NCBI GenBank assembly: GCA_043228905.1
Contig: JBHGNT010000008.1
Coordinates: 3,968,001 to 4,032,000, forward strand
Reading direction: 5' to 3'
Origin: Azolla caroliniana
Lineage: Eukaryota; Plantae; Polypodiophyta
Length of the DNA: 64,000 nt
The notes beneath the pieces are model-generated. The model saw only the letters and a list, made by a program, of their open reading frames with translations. It did no database searches and was not told the DNA's origin. This document shows, one piece after another, positions 13,531 through 22,950 of the stretch (the first letter of the stretch is position 1; every line of letters begins with the position of its first letter). A program made the position numbers and the translations under genes.

Positions 13531-14161
13531 AAATATGCCAGCCAACCTGTTCAAGAAAGACCCGGAAATCCGGCACGATGAGGAACCGACACCGACAGAC
13601 GCTGCTGCAGAAATCCGGACCGAGGAAGAACCGACACCGATACCGACAAAGACTATCCCGGAAAACCGACAGAAGGAGATTCCGGTATCAGCGCGAACCG
13701 ACCCGAACAAATCGGGCGGGACCGGAAAATGACGTGGTCCAAACAAAGAAAAATAATAATAAAAATAAAAAATAAAAAATAAAAAAAATCAAAGTAATGA
13801 TGATGGGGAGATCACAAGAGGTGGGAGCGCCACCATGCAACGAAGAGGCGCCATGAAGTAAAGGAGGACGTGCGCGTACTTGCTATTTAAAGCATAGAAC
13901 GTGGGCACCGACGTACGAGGTATTACGCACACGCGGCAACCAAGAAAGGACATGCTAATTATGGCGGGAGATAGACATGCGCGGGAAACGAAAAAGGGCG
14001 GCTCGAGGCAAAAGCCACTATATAAGACACAGGCCTGCGAAGGACTTACTTTTTACGAATTTTCCTACACACAAGCGCAGAAGCACAGAAGAGCGATCCG
14101 ACGCACAGCGCACACACATCCCGATCCCGAAAAACAGACAGCAGAAGAAGAATCCGAACCA

Positions 14162-17063
14162 ATGGCACTGTCGGAAGAGGCACGCCAATGGATGATAGAG
14201 AACGGGTTAGAAGGATTGTTGCGGATCGCCGACGCTCCACCACACGCAGAACCGGAGCAGGCGGCAGCATCGATTGATTTATCAGAAGTCACGGAAGGGG
14301 CGGTGCAGGTGCTCACGGGGATAAAAGCAGGAGGACTTCAAACGATCGAAAACCCTTCAAGTCAAATCCTGTTCAAATATTTCGGTGAGTATTCCATCAA
14401 CAGCAAGGCGTACCGAACACAGGGCAGAGAGAACCTGCTGTTCGGAGAAGTGGCCCGCGCCATGATGGAATACGGATTCGTGAATTCTCGTCCCCCGGCC
14501 ATAGCCAGGTACCGGGCAGCGTTCCTAATTGCAACGTACGAAGGATTACAAGTGGACTGGCTCCATTTCATAACCGAAGGATTGAAGGAGGCCATCAAGA
14601 ACCTTGTGGAAGGAAAAAAGCCATGGGCCGGGATAGCACAATGGCTAACGGTGTTAGTCCCACCGGTGTTCCCCATCAAACAAAAGAAAAGAGGTCGGCA
14701 GGAGACGACGCCGAAAAAGGTCACAAAGCGCCGACATATCCTGGAGAAACACACCCCCAGATGGACCCAGGAAGAAGCAGAACAGCGGGAGGAAGGACCA
14801 TCCCGACAGCAACAGGAACCGGCAACAAAGGCAAAACCGGCAGGAAAAGGCAAAGGAAAACCGGCCGAGGAAGAACCGGTAGCGCTCAAACCAATCAATA
14901 TAACGCTGCGACGGCCGGAACCGGAACCAGAGGACTTTATACAAAAGGTCTGTCTGGTAGCCGCACTGGAGGAGGAAGCTGAAGCAGAAGACTCATCCAA
15001 ACCACTGGTAAGACTCCCAGCAAGACAAGGTCGGGAGAGACAGGCGAGAGGACCGGCTCTACCAATTGACAGAACTCAGCAGAGGGCGCAAGGACCACCT
15101 CCAGTAGCCGGGGCGGAAGCAGTACCGAAACCCGCACCGAGGGAAGCAGTACCGGCACCGGTTTTGTCGGACTTCAGAGAACCGATCATTCCAGAGAAGA
15201 GGAATGAACAAGCGCCGGAACCAGAGAAAAGGCCGGAAAAACAGCCTGAGTTAAGGAGTAGAAGTGAGCAATGCTACCCCGACACAATGGCTGAGATGGC
15301 TTTTGGAGCAGGTATCGGGAGTAGCGGACCAGTTAGAGGAAGAAGAAACGTGTAGGCAACACCTGACGCATACAACAACCCAGGAGTTGGTCGCGCTCCG
15401 AACACAGATCCAGGAGTTGCAAGGGGAGTTGTTGCAGGCGAGGGAAGGAATTCAACAAGCACAAGTTGTCACCGAGCCGGTCGGGACAACAAGGAAGCAA
15501 CCAGAACCAGAACCGGAACCGGTAGCCTTGCAAACCAGCCCTGAGACCGAAAAAATAATAGAAACCTTGCGAGAGTTAAAAGCTCAGGAGGCATTAAGGG
15601 AAAAAGAAAGGGAGCAGCGGAAAGCGGTGGAGGACGACAGACGAAGAATGGAAGAAGGCCTCCAGAAAGGCCGAGCCACTAATGACCGACTGCAAGAAGA
15701 AAAAGAAAAGCTGCAAAAGGAGAAGGACCGACTGCGTCGACAGGCCGAGCAGGAGATAGAGCGACTGCAGGAAGAACTCCGACAACAGAAGGACCGGGAC
15801 GACCGGTTAAGAGCTCAGGTAAACCGACGCCTGAAGCAGAAGACGGAGGACTTCGACCGACTCTACCGAGATCACAAGCAGGCCGAGTCGAATAACAAGA
15901 AACAGGCAACAGATTACGACCGGCAAATAGAGAAGCTGAAAGAACAGCTCAAAGAGACCCGATTAGACCTGGCTAAGACAATGGACAAGGTCAGTGCCAA
16001 AAAGGAAGCATTGTCGGCGGAAATAACCCAAGCAACCGAGAGAAGGAAGGAATTAGAGGCGCTAAGGCAGGAAAAGCTGGATCTGACCAAGATCAGGAAT
16101 GAAGGAAAGGAAAGATCGACCTTCACGATCAACAAACTGCAAAGTGCCTATGAAAAGCAGAAAGCGGATTACGAAGCCCAGGCTCAGATAATGGCCGACA
16201 TTATAAAACGGGCAAGGAAGGAAAAGCAAGAAGCTTATGCGCATGCTAAAGCGGGGGTTGACCGGATCAAGCTCATCATGTCATGTTGGAGTACCCGAGC
16301 TCAGGCAAGCATCAACGAAAGTACGGAAAAGCTATGGAAGGAGTGGTCACAACAGGCAGCCAAGCTGTAGAGACTCCGAGCTAATGCCGAGAATCGGAGG
16401 AAGACCGGTGACAAGTTCTACAAGATGGATGAAGAAAGTATCGTCGCCATTCGGGAAGAATTGTCAGAGGATTTCTACGCTTTAGCGGAAGAACATCTCA
16501 AAGAAATCCGAGGGTTGGTAGAGAGGTTGGATGACGGGCAGCTCGCAACTCAGTTGGAGTTGGAGAAATACGAGCAGGACCGGTTACGACAGGAAGACGA
16601 GGGAAGAACGACGCCAATCACTATAAGTGAGGGAGAGCGACCGGCTGAAGCTGAACCAACCGACACCGAACAACCCCGACAAGGAATACCCGAAGAAGAA
16701 CTTCCGTTCCAAGAAAATCAAGAAGAGCAGGTGCAGACCGATGCCGGGGAAGAAGAAGAGCTGAGACCGGAAAACACCGGAGTAGAGGAAGAAGGCACAC
16801 CGAACCGACCAGTCGAGACCGGAGAAAGCGACACTGGTAACAGAACAGAGCCTGGAACGGAGGAAGAACAAGAAGAACCCGGACGGAGCAGTGACGAAGC
16901 ACCGGCACCACAGAATCAAGCAGAGCCGGAGCAGCAAATTTTTACGGAACAGCCAACCCAACCGGAGGTCGGAGACCAGGCAGGCAAGGAACAGGAATTG
17001 GAGGAAGAGGCACCACTTGACACCTTCGAGCGGAGTTTGCTCGATATTTTGGAGAAAGAATGA
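14162..17063 (+). pseudogene. 3' extra ORF of Gypsy B (~970 codons: folded N-terminal domain, long coiled coil, acidic tail)
   Basis: ORFs 13901..15355, 15264..16370 and 16425..17063 join with one frameshift (~15260) and one TAG (16368); sense strand, between INT and the 3' LTR. Confidence 0.8.
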
Positions 17064-17113
17064 GGCCGGGAGTGGATTCGAAGTGCAAGGCACTTTCCCA
17101 CGGGCGTGCCATG

Positions 17114-17502
17114 TGTTGGCCGGTCAGAAGAGCAAGGACAAGTGGGAAGGCGGAGTCGGATCGGATAATAGGAAGTAAATAATAGTATATTTATTATTCG
17201 GAGGGACGGATCCGGTACAGTTGTACCGATCTAGATCCGGACCGATTCGGATGTCGGTTGCCTAAGGGCACCGATTGTAACCTTGCCGGATGCCTATAAA
17301 AGGATCTGATGATTTGTAAATGCTTTACGGAAGTAATACAAATATACTTATTGCGTGTTTATCTTTGTCTTTGTATTGTTTTACCGTCTGTGCTTAGTGT
17401 AATCATCTTACGCGTGTAACCTAGCGTCCAATCCTTACCACCCCTTTGGAGAAGTGTCGGATAGACACCTGTGTTGAGGCTAGTCCGGCCAGGCAGACAA
17501 CA
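17114..17502 (+). repeat. 3' LTR of Gypsy B
   Basis: Direct repeat of 7444-7832, followed by the GCATG TSD. Confidence 0.96.
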
Positions 17503-17902
17503 GCATGTGTTCAGGTATCTTGTGGGCACAAAATACTATGGCATCTTATTCGGCCCCAATGAAACTTCATGCATAATCAGATACACCGACTCGGACTTTA
17601 CCGGCTATGTGGACAGTTGAAAATCGACAACCGGTTACTCTTTCAGATTCGGCAATGGAGCAATCTCGTGGAAATCGAAACTTCAGGAGTGCACTGCCAC
17701 ATCAACTATCGAGGCCGAATATGTAGCCGCATCTGACGCGGCGAAAGAGGCCTTATGGCTCAATCTGCTGGTTTGCACATTTCGACAAGCCGAATCTGTC
17801 TTGGCTCAAGTTGTCCACAACGACAGTCACGGTGTTGTTGCTCTGTCGAAAAATCTGGTTCATCACAACGCCTCCGAGCATATCGAAAAAACAGCCTCGA
17901 GA
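17503..17902 (+). mobile_element. Ty1/Copia RT-RNase H fragment (copy 1, right part)
   Basis: Resumes the Copia frame (HVFRYLVG...YTDSD...SWKSKLQ...STIEAEY); co-linear with ~19980-20420 apart from a ~40-bp deletion. Confidence 0.9.
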
Positions 17903-18500
17903 AGATTCGTAGAGAGAGTTCGTTGAAAGAGTTCGTAGAGTGAAGATTCGTGGAGTGAGGATTCGTAGAGAGAGTTCATAGAGAGAGTTCGTAGAGTGAA
18001 GATTCGCAGAGCGAGGATTCATAGAGTGTTCGAAGAGAGGATTCGTAGAGTGGGTTCGCAGAGAGGATTCGTAGAGAGAGTTCATTGAGAGAGTTCGTAG
18101 AGTGAAGATTCGTAGGGTGAGGATTTGTAGAGTGAAGATTCGCAGAGTGAAGATTCATAAAGTGAGGATTTGTAGAGTGAAGATTAATAGAGTGAATATT
18201 CATAGAGTGAATATTCGTAGAGTGAGGATTCGTAGAGTGAAGATTCATAGAGTGAGGATTCGTAGAGTGAGGATTCGTAGAGTTTCGATTCGTAGAGTGA
18301 GGATTCGTAGAGTGAAGATTCGTAGAGTGAGGATTCGTAGAGTGAAGATTCGTAGTGTGAGGATTCGTAGAGTGAAGATTCGTAGAGTGAAGATTCGTAG
18401 AGTGAGGATTCGTAGAGTGAGGATTCCTAGAGTGAAGATTCGTAGAGTGTGAAGATTCGTAAAGTGAAGATTCGTAGAGTAAGGATTCGTAGAGTGGGTT
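17903..18500 (+). repeat. 15-bp minisatellite (GATTCGTAGAGTGAR) x about 40
   Basis: Directly visible tandem array, with 13-15-bp variant units at the left end. Confidence 0.95.
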
Positions 18501-19713
18501 CAAAGAGTGCTTTATATTTATAAGATTTAAAATAAATATTTATTTATTTATTTATCCCTTGAGTACTCCCTAGTCCAAGACCCCCATGGTCCCGCCCAAG
18601 TAACACACACGCGCGAAACTTCACGACATAAATTGGTGAACCTGACATGAAAGGGCGGCAAGGGAGAACCAAGGTGCGAGGAGGAGAACTCGTTGAAGCG
18701 ATGGCGGTGGTGGTGGACCGCTTGGTAAATGCCCGAGAAGGCATCACCGGCCTAGACCGGGCCATAGAGACGGTGGTCAGCACAACGGGTCGGTTCAATG
18801 GAAGAGATATCACGAGCTACTTGGATGCCTATAAGGCCGAAATGCTTATGCGAAAATTCCCCGAAGATAGGCGGCTAACCGGATTCGGTAGAGTGGTAAC
18901 GCCGAGTATCCACGCATAGGTACTCGAGATCCAAGCAGACTGTTGGAATTGGGTGGAGTTCGAAGAAAGACACCTCGAGAAGTACAGCCTTGATGACTCA
19001 CTAAGAATTTCGAAAAGGGATCTAATGGATTGGGTTGAGCTTCCCGGCAAGGGGAGAAATACTATGGTACTTTTACAAGAATTTGAGAAGCGCTTCGTGC
19101 GACTCTCGGCTCTCGGCTCTCGATAGGATGGTGCTTGACACAAGCAAGGTCCTACTATTCATAAAGATTGTTGATGCACAAGACCGAGAGAAGGTGGGAT
19201 CCCTCCTCGAAACTGATGATGGGCTCACGACGAATTGGGCTATGGTAAAACGGGTTTGTAGCCGCTTTGATAAGAGAAGGGAATGGAACGACGGGTCTCC
19301 GTTGAGCGGCCAAACATCCACAAGCTCCATTAGTGAGACACACGAACCCAGGGGTAGTAGAATACCTCAAGAAAGAGAGCAAGAAAATGCAAGGTTCGTC
19401 CCCAAGAGAAACGTGGTTGACGCACTGTCGGGAGGGTCGGCAATAGACGAGCTCACAAAGATGGTGTGAGATCTCCAAATAGCGCAAGCTAGGAGAGAGA
19501 GTGGCAGCCCTCAAGATCGACATCCCCCATTTGCGCAAAGATGTATGTGGTGCGACAACCCCGACCACCTACGAAGGGAGTGTGGAGACTTTCAAGAGGC
19601 CCTAAGAAAGGATATTGTCTATCTTTGGAACAATAGGGTCTATTCGACAGAGACAATGCCCCCCTTGGGATTGAATCAAGGCTGAGGGGGCATGAGAAGG
19701 CTAATGGAGGAGG
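17903..19713 (+). mobile_element. Truncated Gypsy A-related element: LTR 3' part, tRNA-Trp-like PBS, degenerate gag
   Basis: LTR end CTTCACGACA at 18628; PBS TGGTGAACCTGACATGAA at 18634; gag (DRAIETVV...GRF.G.D...KAEMLMR) homologous to ORF 15. Confidence 0.85.
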
Positions 19714-21074
19714 TCGACTACATTGGACGTGTCTTAGAATGCTTCAACATGCAATCGGCCAAATCTACTTCGACCCCACTCCCCATTAGCCTTCAGTTGT
19801 CTCCACGAGACTGTCTAACATCTGGTTTGGAAGGGGAAACTATGAAGTCGGTACCATATGCATCGGTTGTCGGCCCCTTGATGTACATGATGGTCGCGAC
19901 ACAGCCTGATATTGCTCACGTCGTCGGAGTCGTCAACAGATTCATGCACAATCCCGGTCGATCGCATTGGAATGTGGTAAAGCATGTGTTCAGGTATCTT
20001 GTGGGCACAAAAGACTATGGCATCCTATTTGGCCCGAATGTCACTTCATGCATAATCGGATACACTGACTCAGACTTTGTCGGCTATGTGGACAGTCGAA
20101 AATCGACAATCGGTTACTCTTTCAGATTCGGCAATGGAGCAATCTCGTGGAAATCGAAACTTCAGGAGTGCACTGCCACATCAACTATCGAGGCCGAATA
20201 TGTAGTCGCATCTGACACGGCGAAAGAGGCCTTGTGGCTCAGTCTGCTGGCTTGCACGTTTCGACAAGCCGAATCTAGCTTGGCTCAAGTTGTCCACAAC
20301 GACAGTCACGATGTTGTTGCTCTATCGAAAATCTAGTTCATCACAACGCCTCCAAGCATATCGACGTTCGATATCACTTTGTTCGGGACTGCGTCATTTC
20401 AAGAAAAAACAGCCTCGAGAAAATACCTACATCCCATAATGTCAAGATGACCAAGTGTCTTTTGGGGGATCGATTCCGATTCCTTTGGCACCAAATGGGC
20501 GTAACGAATAATCAGTCTAATTGAGTCAGACATTCAGAATGGTTTCAAAAAATCATCATCGACAATTCGAAGTTCAGTCTCAGTTCCTCCAACTCCAGCC
20601 AATTCGGCCTTTTGTTTTTCGGAATTTACCGACTCGAACAAAAAATTTGATTTGTTCAATAACTTGTACAAATCTTTACTATTCACTTATATTACAAATT
20701 TCGGATGAATACGCCCATTATGGGGGAGTGTCAAATACGGGTCTCTAATGGACGTATTCACATTGTCCCACTTGTACACACTAGGTATAGGCCATTTTTG
20801 TAAATACTAAGAAGGGTTGTTGCCCTAAGTTAGTCAGTATATAAACTGACTTAGTAACCTAGATTGTGAGGTTGTATATTGTGTCATTGAGAGATTGAGT
20901 AGTAAAGTTCATCTTGTGCCTACACTCTCGGTTTTCTGCTTCTTGCATTCGTGTTGATCTTGTTGCTTGATTCAGTTGCTTGTTGTGATCAACCTACTTT
21001 ACATGTACCTGTTAATGATCCTTCACTAGAGGATGTTGAGATTGTTCCGCGCATAGACAGTCATGTTCTCAACA
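19714..21074 (+). mobile_element. Ty1/Copia 3' part (copy 2): RT end, RNase H, PPT, 3' LTR
   Basis: ORF 19692..20336 from DYIGRV onward parallels 7172-7443 plus 17503-17900. PPT ATGGGGGAG precedes TGTCAAAT at 20729; probable LTR end TTCTCAACA at 21074. Confidence 0.85.
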
Positions 21075-22517
21075 GTATATTTGTAATCAGATCATACCAT
21101 AGAGTAGTGATTGTCTCCTTTGGTCGACTTTCTTCTCTCGCGAGACCTACTTTGACGTCGAAAATTGTGTCCCCATGTTTAGACCTATTGTTCAAGATTT
21201 TGGTGTGTTGAATGTATTCATGTGCCATTTCCTTTGCCTCTTACTTGAGTGAGAATAGTTTATTTGTTGGGCTCCATTTAGTTCTTTGCCTAGTGAGACT
21301 AGCTAGGAATCCTCCCTCACATATGCAAAATCTTTTAGAGCTTCTTCAAGAGGGTCAAAAACCAAACTCCATCTTGGTCCTAGAGATTGTGTCCAAAAGA
21401 AATTGCTCTCATGACATTGATTATGGGCTCATAATCCCTTGTAATTTGTATGAGATGCTCTACATGATCATGGGCCTCTTTAATCGCTCGGAACCAACTT
21501 ACTAATCCAGTCACTTTCGCCATTGTCATTCATAGATCACATTGTGGGGGTAACTGTTTGTGTCTCCCTCTTCATTTGGGATATTAGTGTTTGGATCAAC
21601 TACAAAGCTATAACTAACTCTAAGTTGGGTGGTATGCTACAAGTTGGAATTACACTCGAAGTCTGAGCCATATCGTGTTGGTGGGAAAGGTCTTTAGATA
21701 TGCTAATTTATTTTTATTGACCTATTGATGTCTTCTTGCTTTATTTCTTAACTTCTTTATATTGTCTCATCTTTATACCTCTCTTTCATTATTTCCATTA
21801 CCAGTAACCCATCAATTGAGTTCCTCCTCTCTGGATACAAATAGACATCATGCCTTGTTCACAAGTGTGTGATGTCACATTTGTGACGATGTGTAATAAG
21901 TAAAGTTTTTAACTCCACATTTTATCGTTCTTTTTGCCTTTACAAAAACATACTCATAAACGTAAACTTGAAGTGACACAACACATACACAATGTGTATA
22001 AAGAAAAATTTGACACGTTTCATATGGGCCTATGTGTGTAGAAAATTCTATGCACACGAAAAATGAGGCCAATGAAAAATAATTCCAATTAGTTTCTTTT
22101 TTTTATTGGCATAATCTTTTATTTACACATTGCCAATATTATGGAGAATAAGGATATGATCTACTAAGACCTTAATACTAGTTATAAATGCCCATTGAGA
22201 CACTTAATATTAGTTATAGACCCTCATCATTAGCCAACATTCATATTCAATGTAAGAAGGAATACTTTATAGTATTCAAATGATTTTTTCAGCTTCACTA
22301 TCTACCACAATCCACAACATAATATATGGTATATTTAAAATCTATACAAACAAACAATCACTTTCACTTTGATGGAAATTTTGAGGATTCAATATATTAG
22401 GTGTTTGATATCATCAAAAGGATTTGTGTGGTGGCATCAAGGCAGGAATTTGACGGGAGTCATGCCCGTTGAAGGCCATTTTGCCCGTCAAAAACATACA
22501 CATAATAAAAATGCCCG

Positions 22518-22939
22518 ATAGTACTAAAGCAGAGATGGAATTAGTACTTCGAAAAGCAGTACTATTAGTACTAAGAGGACGGGACTGCGTAAGATTCCCG
22601 AGAGAGAGGAAGTGAGAAGAGGAGAGAGAGAGAGAGAGATAGGATGATGACAGCAGCTCTTATATTATATGAAAGATAAGTACAAATCGGCTAAGAGGCT
22701 TAAGACTGGTGTTGAACCAATTTGGTTCAAAACAATGCCTTGTGCCTCCTTTTATAGTGTTTTTAGGAATAATCTTGAAGCTTCTAGAATGTTCCAGAGA
22801 GATCTGGAATATACATCAATTTTCTATGATAAAGCATAAATGAAAATAATATCCTACAAATTACAATTCATAGTCTAATGGTAAGAGCTCGACCCATGTA
22901 GCATAAGGTCATGGGTTCGAGTCTTGCCATATCATGACA
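22518..22939 (-). repeat. 3' LTR of the chromovirus (terminal ~8 bp and TSD missing)
   Basis: Matches 28195-28607 but lacks the TGTCAGGA terminus. Confidence 0.9.
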
Positions 22940-22950
22940 CTATCTCCCCC

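Larger units (their letters stand above)
7444..17502 (+). mobile_element. Full-length Athila-like (OTA, non-chromovirus) Ty3/Gypsy element 'B' with 3' extra ORF
   Basis: 389-bp LTRs TGTTG...CAACA with about 8 differences; TSD GCATG at 7439-7443 and 17503-17507; RT motif DAFPLPF...FLDGFSGYNQI; integrase KWVEAKAL. Confidence 0.96.

Noticed and set aside
143-17101. Many minus-strand and alternate-frame ORFs over the Gypsy elements
   Set aside because: Shadow ORFs of GC-rich coding sequence with no recognisable motifs.
17903-18500. CRISPR-like regular repeats (also 31913-32242 and 58103-58315)
   Set aside because: Tandem units without unique spacers, no cas genes, eukaryotic context.
17976-18503. 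Repetitive ORFs poly(VKIRR) and poly(STNLH)
   Set aside because: By-products of a 15-bp (multiple of 3) minisatellite; no gene context.
21075-21800. Possible decayed minus-strand coding remnant
   Set aside because: Short open stretches with no identifiable motif; cannot be assigned without a search.
22871-22929. Functional tRNA gene
   Set aside because: A/B boxes are present, but no convincing acceptor or anticodon stem; kept only as a tRNA-like module.
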